A DNA stretch of 64,000 nucleotides, taken from Escherichia phage vB_EcoM_ESCO9. This document shows, piece after piece, positions 36,511 through 45,612 of this stretch. The notes below the pieces were generated by a model. It did no database searches and was not told the origin of the DNA. It saw only the letters and a program-made list of their open reading frames with translations. The stretch is from the sequence record OM386654.1. One strand, written 5' to 3'. Position 1 is the first letter of the stretch, and each line of letters opens with the position of its first letter. Position numbers and translations under genes: made by a program.

Positions 36511-37219
36511 TAAAGTAATGACTTTCGGAGATCCTATCACCAATATTACAGAAAAAGATTTTGGGCGTGTAGCAACAGATAAAGATGGTGTCTTAAGAAT
36601 TCGTGTACAAGGTATTACAGCACAGGATGAATATGCTGTGTATGTTTCAGGTCTTAACTATATTGATGATCGCATTACACAAAACTTTGCACTGATCGGT
36701 GGTGTAGAGAAAATGTACTGGGAAGATGAAATTGTAACAAGTTATCCAGCAGGTATCATTGAGGTATACGGTGATCTTTTAGCAGCAGCCGAGAGAGGCG
36801 ATATAGACGCTATAGCACACTGCTGTAACTGTTTTTGCACTATGGGTAGTGGTATTGCACCAAAAATTAAAAGTAAGTGGCCTGGGGCGTTTAAAGCAGA
36901 CTGTGCCACTAAACGTGGTGATTATAAAAAATTAGGTACGTTTACCAAGTATACAGAAAACAATTTGACAATTTATAATTTATATGGACAATATGGTTAT
37001 AGTCGTCGTGAGGAAGGCAAGCGTGACCTGAATTATGAAGCTATCTATAATGCGTTAGATAGTATGGGAGACGATGTTGTATCTTCAGGCGGTAAAATTG
37101 TAGGTTTACCAATGCTTGGTTGTGGTTTGGCTGGAGGTTCTTGGAATATTGTAAAACTTATGATCGAAGAAACTCTAGTAAACAAAGGTTTAAATGTAAT
37201 TGTTTACAAACTGAAATAA
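36503..37219 (+). CDS. macro-domain protein, TARG1/OARD1-like
   Basis: IDAIAHCCNCFCTMGSGIAPKIK and LPMLGCGLAGGSWNIVKLMIEE...VIVYKL resemble human TARG1 LAHCISEDCRMGAGIA / MPRIGCGLDRLQW; about 95 aa N-terminal extension. Confidence 0.75.
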   Translation: MSNKVMTFGDPITNITEKDFGRVATDKDGVLRIRVQGITAQDEYAVYVSGLNYIDDRITQNFALIGGVEKMYWEDEIVTSYPAGIIEVYGDLLAAAERGDIDAIAHCCNCFCTMGSGIAPKIKSKWPGAFKADCATKRGDYKKLGTFTKYTENNLTIYNLYGQYGYSRREEGKRDLNYEAIYNALDSMGDDVVSSGGKIVGLPMLGCGLAGGSWNIVKLMIEETLVNKGLNVIVYKLK

Positions 37220-37228
37220 GGAGAAAGT

Positions 37229-37435
37229 ATGGCAGGTGTTTTAGCAGTATTAGGTTGTTTTATTGTTGTGTTCTTGATTGTGTTAATCCCTAGTTGGCTA
37301 CTGCTTTTAGCATACAATTATATGATTGACATTATCGGCTTAGACTGGCATCATGTTCCTGTAACGTTTTGGAGTGTAGTCTGTGTGACGTTCATTCTTG
37401 CGGTACTCCGTGGTATCTTTCAATCTAACAAATAA
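37229..37435 (+). CDS. small membrane protein
   Basis: 68 aa, two TM helices; AAGGAG RBS. Confidence 0.5.
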   Translation: MAGVLAVLGCFIVVFLIVLIPSWLLLLAYNYMIDIIGLDWHHVPVTFWSVVCVTFILAVLRGIFQSNK

Positions 37436-37449
37436 GAGAGGATCTTTAT

Positions 37450-37698
37450 ATGCGTAAAGTAAATGTTGAAGTGCTTGAAAAATTTATAAACACCCGTGAT
37501 TGTACTATCGGCAAGGTTTACGAGGCTATTCTCATTGAAGATGGGGATGAAGTTCCTGCCCCGTATCATGCCTTTAACGGTCAGGTTAGCAAAGTGGAAG
37601 GTGGTCTTGCTATTTGCTTTATTGATGATGTAGGTGATGCTGTAGCTTTCCCTATCATTAACAAAGAAGATAAACTTAAAATTACAGAACTGAACTAG
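37450..37698 (+). CDS. hypothetical protein
   Basis: 82 aa; AGAGAGG RBS. Confidence 0.5.
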   Translation: MRKVNVEVLEKFINTRDCTIGKVYEAILIEDGDEVPAPYHAFNGQVSKVEGGLAICFIDDVGDAVAFPIINKEDKLKITELN

Positions 37699-37757
37699 TT
37701 GACTTTCTTTAAAAACAGTTTATAGTATAAGATATAGAGCGGAGGATTGTCCTCCGC
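37699..37757 (+). promoter_or_regulatory. promoter plus leader stem-loop upstream of TerC gene
   Basis: TTGACT, 17-18 nt, TAGTAT, then hairpin gcggagga-ttgt-cctccgc, then AAGAGGAG RBS. Confidence 0.5.
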
Positions 37758-37775
37758 ATTAAAGAGGAGATAAGA

Positions 37776-38753
37776 ATGCAACTGGGTTTCCCAATTATTG
37801 ATGTGGTTGTTTTAGTGGGTATTTTAGTGTTGTCGATTTGTATTGATTTCTTTGGCCACAGAGAAAACAAAGAAATTTCATTTAAATCTGCAATTGGTTG
37901 GTCAATTTTTTGGATTGGGGTATCATTAGCCTACTATGGTTTTGTATACTTCCAGCACGGTGCTGATTTTGCGAGCTTGTTCTTGAGTGGGTATGTGTTG
38001 GAGAAATCTCTTTCTGTAGATAACTTAGTAGTATTTGTGGCAGTATTCGCAAGTTTTGGTATTAAAAGCACACACTTGCAACACAAGATTCTACTTTGGG
38101 GTATTGCAGGTGCGATTGTCTTCCGAGGTGTGTTTGTAGCAGTAGGCACTTACTTGTTGAGTTTGGGTTGGTATGTTAATATCTTCTTCGGTGCTGTCAT
38201 CCTTTTCTGTGCGGCTAAAATGGTATTCGCTGGAGATAATGATGCAGAAGTTGATTACTCTAAACACTGGGCTACTCGCATTGTTCGTAAGCTGTTCCCT
38301 GTATCTGATCAGATGGATGGTGAGAAGTTCTTCACAATCAAAAATGGTGTTCGTGTAGCAACTCCGGCTCTGGTTTGTGTGTTTGTAATGGAAATGGTTG
38401 ACGTAATCTTTGCAGTAGACTCTGTTCCAGCAGTAATTGCAGTGACACAAGAACCTCTGCTGGTGTTCTCTTCGATGCTCTGTGCAATCTTAGGTTTACG
38501 TGCTCTGTTCTTTGTTCTTAGTGTTGCACTGAAGTATTTGGTTCATCTGGAGAAAGCAGTTATCGTAGTCCTGGTATTTGTGGGTGTAAAACTGATGTAT
38601 CATCCGTTTGCAGAAACTCTGCACGCAAAAGTGAGTTTCCTGCCAGCACACATTGATCCGACGATCAGTATGTATATTGTGTTAGGTACTCTTGGGTTGG
38701 GTGTTATTGCAAGTTTAATCTTCCCTGAAAAAGAAGACCAGACTGTTGCTTAA
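37776..38753 (+). CDS. TerC-family integral membrane protein
   Basis: Multi-pass membrane protein with YVLEKSLSVDNLVVF signature. Confidence 0.8.
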   Translation: MQLGFPIIDVVVLVGILVLSICIDFFGHRENKEISFKSAIGWSIFWIGVSLAYYGFVYFQHGADFASLFLSGYVLEKSLSVDNLVVFVAVFASFGIKSTHLQHKILLWGIAGAIVFRGVFVAVGTYLLSLGWYVNIFFGAVILFCAAKMVFAGDNDAEVDYSKHWATRIVRKLFPVSDQMDGEKFFTIKNGVRVATPALVCVFVMEMVDVIFAVDSVPAVIAVTQEPLLVFSSMLCAILGLRALFFVLSVALKYLVHLEKAVIVVLVFVGVKLMYHPFAETLHAKVSFLPAHIDPTISMYIVLGTLGLGVIASLIFPEKEDQTVA

Positions 38754-38759
38754 TTCATT

Positions 38760-38782
38760 AAGCCCCTTCGGGGGCTTTGTTG
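38760..38782 (+). terminator. intrinsic terminator
   Basis: agcccc-ttcg-ggggct then ttgtt (UUCG loop). Confidence 0.6.
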
Positions 38783-38792
38783 AGGTGATCTG

Positions 38793-38999
38793 ATGGTAGT
38801 TTTACGTGTTCTTTGGATTCTGTTTGAAAATATTTGTTTTGCTTTAGGGTTATTTTGTTTGATTTTTATCTTGACAACATACATTGATAACCATACAATT
38901 ACTATCAACAGGAACGGAGAACAGATGTATTGTTTCTCTAGGGATTTTAAAAATTGTGTTGAGACTTTAAATGAGAGGGTTACAAATGAAAAACATTAA
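38793..38999 (+). CDS. small membrane protein
   Basis: 68 aa hydrophobic N-terminus. Confidence 0.4.
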   Translation: MVVLRVLWILFENICFALGLFCLIFILTTYIDNHTITINRNGEQMYCFSRDFKNCVETLNERVTNEKH

Positions 39000-39576
39000 A
39001 TCTTTTATTGTTGCAGTTGTTTTAGGTAGTGCATTGCTGGTAGGTTGTGATGATTCTGAAAATGTACAAAATCAACGTTACCAACAAACACCAAATCAGA
39101 TGGTAGATGAACAATATGTAAATCAGCCTGCACCTCAAGTTGTTCAAGCAGCACCTGCACAACCTTCAACAGTTGTTGTGCAAGGAGGCGGCAGTGGTTC
39201 TTCTGGTGTAGGTGAGTTTGCTACAGGTATGCTTCTTGGTCATATGTTGAGTGGTAATAGTGGCGGTGGTGGTTATAGAGATGGTGGTAGCAGCACAACA
39301 ATTATTAATAACAACGCTGCTCCTACAACTAACAGTAAAGCATATACAACACAAAAGCATAGTTTTTATGATAAACAAGGAAATACATATACAACCACTA
39401 AACAAAACACAATTAAGCAGCAAAGTGTACAAACGTATTCACGCCCATCAACAACAAAAGTGAATAGTGATTACTCTGCTCGTAAGTCTTACTCAAGCCC
39501 TATTAGCTCTTATAGTAAGTCTTCGAAAAGTTATTCTTCGTCGAAACGTAGTTTTAGTAGCTCACGTCGTCGTTAA
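38986..39576 (+). CDS. lipoprotein with Gly-rich and Ser/Tyr/Lys-rich low-complexity regions
   Basis: Signal peptide with lipobox LLVGC; GGGSGSSGVG...GNSGGGG; C-terminal SYSKSSKSYSSSKRSFSSSRRR. Confidence 0.6.
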   Translation: MKNIKSFIVAVVLGSALLVGCDDSENVQNQRYQQTPNQMVDEQYVNQPAPQVVQAAPAQPSTVVVQGGGSGSSGVGEFATGMLLGHMLSGNSGGGGYRDGGSSTTIINNNAAPTTNSKAYTTQKHSFYDKQGNTYTTTKQNTIKQQSVQTYSRPSTTKVNSDYSARKSYSSPISSYSKSSKSYSSSKRSFSSSRRR

Positions 39577-39611
39577 TAATTTAATACAGATTAAATAAGA
39601 AGGAGAAACAG

Positions 39612-40463
39612 ATGAAACTAGAAGTTGGTAAAGTATATCGCCTGGAAGGTTGGATCTTTAATCAAGAAATCCTTGAGAAGAATAAAGATGGTTTTGAGTT
39701 TGTTGGTACTACCAAGGAAAGTATGCACGATGACGAATACTGTAAATTCGTTGGTAAAAATACAGGTCAAGAACAATTTTGCTTTAAGAGCGCAATCGGG
39801 GACTATGCTTCTGTAATGCCAACACCAGAAAAGACTTCGAAGCAATATACTGTCTTTGGTGTAAAACTTGAAGAACTTGTAGAACACCCACGTTTTGAAG
39901 AGTTCAAGGTTGCTGCAATGCGCAAGCATTCTGAAATTAAAATACATAATTTGTTTGATTTAGAAGATCGGTTTGATATCTTTATGTATGATCGCAGGGA
40001 AAAGCATTTTGATGCAACGACTTCAAAATTTGCTGCAACAGAGGATATTAAAATCCTTGATGTTGATACCTTTCTTGAGAGTGTATCGTTTGTATTCATT
40101 CCTAAATACAAAAAACGTAGTGATCATAAACGTGTGAAAGGAACTCCTCGTAAGAAACGTACTGTAAACAAAGCAACTTTGCACTTCACTTCTGGTGATA
40201 AATATACTCTCAAAGGGTTTGAAAGTGTTTTATATGATGCTGGAACAGGTAATATCAAGTTTATCATTAAGGCAACCTACAAAGGTACGGTATTGCACGA
40301 AGAGGCTGTTACACTACCTGTATTCGATATCTCTCGTGTTGAGGTACGGGGTGTTAAAGAGTCCTTCGATCTGGATTTCTTAACTACTAATGCTACTGGT
40401 TATGTTAATCTGGAAGCAGATGGAGCATTTATTACTACAAATTATTTAGATATGTTTGTTTAA
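39612..40463 (+). CDS. hypothetical protein
   Basis: 283 aa; AAGGAG RBS. Confidence 0.6.
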   Translation: MKLEVGKVYRLEGWIFNQEILEKNKDGFEFVGTTKESMHDDEYCKFVGKNTGQEQFCFKSAIGDYASVMPTPEKTSKQYTVFGVKLEELVEHPRFEEFKVAAMRKHSEIKIHNLFDLEDRFDIFMYDRREKHFDATTSKFAATEDIKILDVDTFLESVSFVFIPKYKKRSDHKRVKGTPRKKRTVNKATLHFTSGDKYTLKGFESVLYDAGTGNIKFIIKATYKGTVLHEEAVTLPVFDISRVEVRGVKESFDLDFLTTNATGYVNLEADGAFITTNYLDMFV

Positions 40464-40531
40464 TACTTAATTTGTGTTATGATGGTGGTACAGAGGTATC
40501 ACCATCTACTAAAGAATATGGAGGAAATTGA

Positions 40532-41635
40532 ATGTCCAGTCCTTTTATCAGTGCCGTAAAAAGCAAACCGTCTGAAATGAGTGTATTCACGGCAACAACA
40601 GAAAAAAGTAAGTCTTTGTTTGCTCCAAGTGCTATGGATGCAAGCCCTGTATATGCCCCTGCTGTTGCACGACCTGTACAAATGCTGCCTCCAATGTCTC
40701 GTGAAGAGATTGAACAGGTTGGTGCTGATGCAGGACTTACTCTTCGTAACCTTAATGCTGAAGTGCTTAAACACCAGCGTTCATCTCAGGGAGATGAAAT
40801 GAGTGAACGTTTAACTGCACTTATTAAGCAAGCAAAGCAACTTGATCCTAACTCTATTAAACAATCTAAAGGCTTAGGTAAACTAGTTAAGAAAGTATTA
40901 GGTATGAAAGAAGATTTGTTTGGTGAATTTGACACCATCAATAATCGTATTGAAGGTTTGGTAAAGACACTACAAACAGACTTGAAAAAAGAAGAAGATT
41001 CTTTACGATATCTGCAACGTTTAGAAGAGGCTATTGCAAAATATGCTCTTAGCTTAAACAGGGATATAGAGCTTCTAACAGCTACTTATGAAAAAGAAGA
41101 AGTTCGCCTTAATACACTACCTGAAAATGAAGTAGAAGAGCGTCAACGTACTCGTGACACTATGGATCTGCTTGAAATTCGTATTGCAGATCTGAAAGCC
41201 TTACGTTTACTGTGCGTTCAGATGGGGCCACGTGTACAAAGTATGCAGAAAGTATCTGCAAGTTTGATGCGATCAGCCCGTAATATTGTGAATAATGTTA
41301 TTCCTGCTTACTCTGCAAACTTTTCTATGTATATTGAAAGTCTACGCCAGAAGAAAGCAGCCGATACGCAGAACAATGTACTGAATGAATTTAATGCTGC
41401 TATTGCAATGGGTAGTGATCTGGCTGCACAAAACCAGATTGAAGCTACACAACTTGCTAATCGTCAAGTATTGGATATTGAAACATTGCGTCGTGATCAA
41501 GAAAACTTAGTTAAAATGTTGGAAGAAACTAACCGAATCAACACTGAAGCCCGTGCTGCTCGTATTGATTACATTCAAGAAGTGCAATCTCTTGAAGATG
41601 GTATGATTCAAACTGTTAAACGTGGTCTACTTTAA
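40532..41635 (+). CDS. TelA-like (toxic anion resistance) protein candidate
   Basis: 367 aa, largely helical/coiled-coil; size and LDPNSIKQSKGLGKL region fit my recollection of TelA. Confidence 0.45.
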   Translation: MSSPFISAVKSKPSEMSVFTATTEKSKSLFAPSAMDASPVYAPAVARPVQMLPPMSREEIEQVGADAGLTLRNLNAEVLKHQRSSQGDEMSERLTALIKQAKQLDPNSIKQSKGLGKLVKKVLGMKEDLFGEFDTINNRIEGLVKTLQTDLKKEEDSLRYLQRLEEAIAKYALSLNRDIELLTATYEKEEVRLNTLPENEVEERQRTRDTMDLLEIRIADLKALRLLCVQMGPRVQSMQKVSASLMRSARNIVNNVIPAYSANFSMYIESLRQKKAADTQNNVLNEFNAAIAMGSDLAAQNQIEATQLANRQVLDIETLRRDQENLVKMLEETNRINTEARAARIDYIQEVQSLEDGMIQTVKRGLL

Positions 41636-41648
41636 GGAGAAATATATT

Positions 41649-41855
41649 ATGAATATTAAAATTTACAAACTGTCTGGTTCTATGATTGCTGTTCAGTATG
41701 ACAATGAAGATCGTTATGTTCTCCTCCAGGATGCTTGGTTAGATGATCCTAATGTATTCACTGTCCTGCGAGAACTACGTTCTGTCTATACCTATTCTTC
41801 TAAAGATGGTTTTGACAATTCAACGATGGAATTGGTAAAAGAGGAGAATGTGTAA
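41649..41855 (+). CDS. hypothetical protein
   Basis: Start moved to ATG 41649 with AAGGAG RBS. Confidence 0.5.
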   Translation: MNIKIYKLSGSMIAVQYDNEDRYVLLQDAWLDDPNVFTVLRELRSVYTYSSKDGFDNSTMELVKEENV

Positions 41856-42055
41856 TGAGTAAAGATATTCACTTAACTCGTGAAGAATTGCAAACCATTA
41901 TGGAAGATGCTTTCATTGATGGTTGGAAACAAGGTCAAGAATCAGATTGGTATGATGCCGAAGATTTTTTGTATTATCATATGACTGCACCTGTAGACGA
42001 GCAAACACACTCTGAAACAACTTTGGCTTTAATTGATCTTAAGGCTGGTGTATAA
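41855..42055 (+). CDS. hypothetical protein
   Basis: 66 aa; shares EL..I...AF..GWK.G motif with C-terminus of next ORF. Confidence 0.5.
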   Translation: MSKDIHLTREELQTIMEDAFIDGWKQGQESDWYDAEDFLYYHMTAPVDEQTHSETTLALIDLKAGV

Positions 42056-42618
42056 TGGGGTGTTTTAGTTTCTTGTGCAAAGAGTCTGGTAATGCTGCTC
42101 TTTCTACCTCTTTCGATGGCTCTCCTTGCTACCTATTTCTTTTGAAAGGTGGTAAGGTTGTCGAAGAGATGTATGGGAATTATGATAGCTATGGTAGTGT
42201 TTTCTCTAACGAAGAAGATAAACATGGCAATCGTAAAAGATTTAAGTGGTCTATGCCTTGGGAAGAAGTTTGTAATTTGATGTTCTCTTCCGATCTTGGA
42301 GATGGGATTGCTCTAGTATTAGAAGAGCACTTTACAGGCGAGATCCCAACAGAAAGATCTGAAGAAGACCCTAACCAGGGTTGGGGTGATGGGGAAGAAG
42401 ATCCAGATTGCTTCTTCAGCACTGAAAATAATAAATTTAAACGTGTTGACAATCCTTACCACAAAGTGCATAATACTTGCATTGAGACAGAAGAAGACTC
42501 AAAGCTAGAAATTGAAGATGATTTAGTTGTAACTATCTCTTTAAACGAGTTGCAAAAAATCACTAGAGAGGCTTTCTATTTAGGTTGGAAAGTAGGTAAA
42601 GGAGGAGATAGTGCTTAA
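42055..42618 (+). CDS. hypothetical acidic protein
   Basis: 187 aa. Confidence 0.55.
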   Translation: MGCFSFLCKESGNAALSTSFDGSPCYLFLLKGGKVVEEMYGNYDSYGSVFSNEEDKHGNRKRFKWSMPWEEVCNLMFSSDLGDGIALVLEEHFTGEIPTERSEEDPNQGWGDGEEDPDCFFSTENNKFKRVDNPYHKVHNTCIETEEDSKLEIEDDLVVTISLNELQKITREAFYLGWKVGKGGDSA

Positions 42619-42880
42619 ATTTAATATCAAAGACGACAAATCAGATGAACCTAAATGTTTTGGAGAACTTGACGTAGGTGATACATTTGTATATTATGTT
42701 GCCTATCAAGATTCTGGTTTAGATACATTCAGAAATTTAGTGTTTATTAAGGTTAATACAAACCAAGCAATGTGTCTGAACGGTTCGCAAAGAGGTCAAC
42801 TTAGCTGTATTTCGTATGATACAGAAATGGTAGAAGTGGATTTAGAAGTTACTAACATTACACTCAGAAAGGAGAAATAA
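42611..42880 (+). CDS. hypothetical protein
   Basis: 89 aa; GTG start after AAAGGAGGAG. Confidence 0.5.
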   Translation: MLKFNIKDDKSDEPKCFGELDVGDTFVYYVAYQDSGLDTFRNLVFIKVNTNQAMCLNGSQRGQLSCISYDTEMVEVDLEVTNITLRKEK

Positions 42881-42881
42881 T

Positions 42882-43676
42882 ATGTCCAATAAAATCAGTC
42901 TTAAAAAACGTCAAGAAACTCTTACCGTATCTCTGCGTAAGAAAAAGATTAACGATGTTGTTCTTCGTGTCGGTAGTGCCTTAGATATTTCGGGTAGTAT
43001 GTGTGAGCTGTATCGTGATGGCACTGTTAGTGATTTTGTAGGTAAACTGCTGCCGTTTGGTATGAAGTTTGATGATAATGCACAGATTGACATGTGGGCT
43101 TTCAATAGTTCTTCTTTTGAACTGCCTCCTGCAACGGCTGATGTATATGATGATTATGTCGGCTCTTGTATGTCTAATGTTTGCATCAATGGTGGTACAG
43201 CTTATGCCCCAGTAATGCAAGAGATCTATGATACATACTTCGGTAGTGTACCTATGAAAAATATTACACGCGAAGTCGTTGAGTATGAAGAAGTTCCGGC
43301 TAAGGGTTTCCTTGCTAAACTAACTGGTAAAAAAGAACGTGTAGAAGTTACACGTACTGTTGTAGAACAGGTTGTAGATACTGATGCACAAGTTGATCGT
43401 ACTCCTGCAATGATTTTCTTCCAAACTGACGGGGAGAACATGGATACTTCAGCAGTACGTAGTTTGCTGAACAAACACCGCAACACTCCTGTTTACTGGT
43501 TTATGGTTGGTGTAGGCAATGCAAACTTTAAATTCCTGAAAGACTTGGCAAAAGAATACGATAATGTTGATTTTATCGGTATTGCAGATTTGTCCTTGTC
43601 TGACGAAGAACTTTACGATAAACTGCTATCCGAAGAGTTTGGTGAGTGGGTTAAAAAATTTGGAGCAAAAGCGTAA
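42882..43676 (+). CDS. vWA-domain protein, TerY-like
   Basis: MIDAS-like motifs DISGSM, GGTAYAPV, FFQTDGENMD; N-terminus ISLKK...VSL resembles TerD N-termini. Confidence 0.65.
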   Translation: MSNKISLKKRQETLTVSLRKKKINDVVLRVGSALDISGSMCELYRDGTVSDFVGKLLPFGMKFDDNAQIDMWAFNSSSFELPPATADVYDDYVGSCMSNVCINGGTAYAPVMQEIYDTYFGSVPMKNITREVVEYEEVPAKGFLAKLTGKKERVEVTRTVVEQVVDTDAQVDRTPAMIFFQTDGENMDTSAVRSLLNKHRNTPVYWFMVGVGNANFKFLKDLAKEYDNVDFIGIADLSLSDEELYDKLLSEEFGEWVKKFGAKA

Positions 43677-43683
43677 AAAACGC

Positions 43684-43711
43684 TTGACTTTGTAGAAAAG
43701 ATTAGTAAAAT
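43684..43711 (+). promoter_or_regulatory. sigma70-type promoter upstream of TerD gene
   Basis: TTGACT, 16 nt, TAAAAT. Confidence 0.55.
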
Positions 43712-43748
43712 AGACAACGTAAATTAACAACAAAGGAGATAATAAATT

Positions 43749-44345
43749 ATGACTCAGAAAATTTCCCTGAAAAAAGGTTCTAGCGAAAAAGTTTCTCTGA
43801 AAAAGATTGCACCAGCACTGAAACGCATTCGTCTGGAATTCTCTTGGAAATCTAACGAAAAACTGGATCTGGATGTTAGTGCTCTGATTTGCCGACACAA
43901 TGCATCTGGTCTGCCGGAACTGTTGTCTCCTCGCCACCTGGTGTGCTACGCGCAGAAATTTGATCCTGAACGTTCTACTTTTGCAGGTGAAGATGTTCGT
44001 GATGGTGTAGGACAGATGGAGCAGATTGATGTTACACTGGATAATATCTCTGCTGAAGCACAGGAAATTGCATTCGTAATTACTATTGATGACGAAACGG
44101 GTAAGAAACGCCTTGGTCACGCTACCGAAGGTTTCCTTAAAATCTTCGATGATGAACGTAATGTTGAACTGCTGGATTTTGACTTCTTGGCTCCAGAACT
44201 TGCAGGTAATACCATTTGCCACGTTGCCTCCCTGGTGCGGGAAGATAGCGAATGGAAACTGAAAGCATATGGTGTAGGTAAAGCTGGACTTGACATTTAT
44301 GATGTAGTTAAAGCGTTTGGCGCTGGCGACGATTGGTTCGAGTAA
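43749..44345 (+). CDS. TerD-domain protein
   Basis: ISLKKG..VSLKK, DLDVSAL, IAFVITIDD, SEWKLKAYGVG align with E. coli TerD. Confidence 0.85.
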   Translation: MTQKISLKKGSSEKVSLKKIAPALKRIRLEFSWKSNEKLDLDVSALICRHNASGLPELLSPRHLVCYAQKFDPERSTFAGEDVRDGVGQMEQIDVTLDNISAEAQEIAFVITIDDETGKKRLGHATEGFLKIFDDERNVELLDFDFLAPELAGNTICHVASLVREDSEWKLKAYGVGKAGLDIYDVVKAFGAGDDWFE

Positions 44346-44353
44346 TAAATCAT

Positions 44354-44377
44354 AGCGCCCTTCGGGGCGCATATTTT
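44354..44377 (+). terminator. intrinsic terminator
   Basis: gcgccc-ttcg-gggcgc then atatttt. Confidence 0.6.
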
Positions 44378-44397
44378 AAATAGAAGAGGAGAAAACA

Positions 44398-45000
44398 ATG
44401 GGTATTACTTTAGAAGGTCAAAAACTTATTCGTAGCGGTAATTTTCTTGTGGATATTGACAACAATGAAGATTATGCTTTAGAAGTTAGTGATGTACTGT
44501 TTAATGCTTTGCAGTCTGGTTTCAATTTTGAAGTTTATGAAGTAATCCGTGGAACTAAACTCAGAGATACCCTTGGATCAACTAGTGATGTTTATTCGGC
44601 AATCTGGCAATATTTCGGGTTAATGGATGGTAAGACATACCTTACTGATAGTTATTCTGAAGATGTTGTTTATCTTGATATGGAAGAGTTTCGTCGTCTG
44701 TTCAAAAATGAAGAAAATGAAGAAGAGGGTGAACTTTTTGAAGGAATTACTCTCGAAGGTAATGTTGAAATTGTGTATAAAGCAGGAAAAACATTCCACT
44801 TGCGCGAAAACGGTAAAGCAAAAGTTGATTTTGTAAACAAGACAGTAACAACTGAACATAATTATCTTAAAGATGGTCAACCAGCTTTTGAACGTGTAAC
44901 AATTAAATTTAAAGTATTGTCTGCACTAATTACGGATCAAGAACGTATTGATTTTGTAGAAGATGGTGTAGTAACTCATACGAAGGTCTACAACATCTAA
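44398..45000 (+). CDS. hypothetical protein
   Basis: 200 aa; AGAGGAG RBS. Confidence 0.6.
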   Translation: MGITLEGQKLIRSGNFLVDIDNNEDYALEVSDVLFNALQSGFNFEVYEVIRGTKLRDTLGSTSDVYSAIWQYFGLMDGKTYLTDSYSEDVVYLDMEEFRRLFKNEENEEEGELFEGITLEGNVEIVYKAGKTFHLRENGKAKVDFVNKTVTTEHNYLKDGQPAFERVTIKFKVLSALITDQERIDFVEDGVVTHTKVYNI

Positions 45001-45092
45001 CAGGGTGTAAGAGGGGGATAATCCCCCTCAACTTGCAAAACAGCCTCTTCTGTGTTACAATAAAAGTTCGTTTAACAAAATAGGAGGCAAGT

Positions 45093-45602
45093 TTGTCAAT
45101 AAAAACCTTTGTCGCAATTGCGTTACTATCCTTAACTGCTTTTACATTTACACCTGTCGTGGCGCAAGCCGAAGCTGCAAACGTAAAAACTGCTAAAGTA
45201 GTTCACAAGTGTACAAAGCGTGATAGTAAAGAAAATCTATTAGCTTGTGCAATCTATGCAGAAAGTCGTAATCAAGGAAAGCGCGGTATGTCTGCTGTTG
45301 GTAATGTAGTATTAAATAGGGCTAGAGATTCATATTTCCCTGATACTATAAAAGAAGTTTTGTTTCAAAAAGGACAATTCTCTTACACAAAGACATTCAA
45401 CGTTATGGAACGTGATAAGTGGAAGGAAGCTAAGGCTATAGCAGAACGTCTGCTTTATCTCGATACGCATTTTCCAGAATTACGAATTGCATTAGATATT
45501 ACAAAAGGAGCATTATACTTTAAAAAATCTACAATAAGAGCACACTGGGAAAAAGATATGGTTCTAGTGTACCGCTACAAAGAACATCAATTCTATCGCT
45601 AA
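45093..45602 (+). CDS. secreted cell-wall hydrolase, SleB-like (candidate endolysin)
   Basis: Signal peptide; LLACAIYAESRNQGKRGMSAVGNVVLNRARDSYFPDTI; TTG start after GGAGG. Confidence 0.65.
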   Translation: MSIKTFVAIALLSLTAFTFTPVVAQAEAANVKTAKVVHKCTKRDSKENLLACAIYAESRNQGKRGMSAVGNVVLNRARDSYFPDTIKEVLFQKGQFSYTKTFNVMERDKWKEAKAIAERLLYLDTHFPELRIALDITKGALYFKKSTIRAHWEKDMVLVYRYKEHQFYR

Positions 45603-45612
45603 GGAGATATAG

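Noticed and set aside
43626-44372. 248 aa minus-strand ORF antisense to the vWA and TerD genes
   Set aside because: Entirely overlaps two well-supported plus-strand genes; low-complexity translation; no RBS; sits in a uniformly plus-strand block
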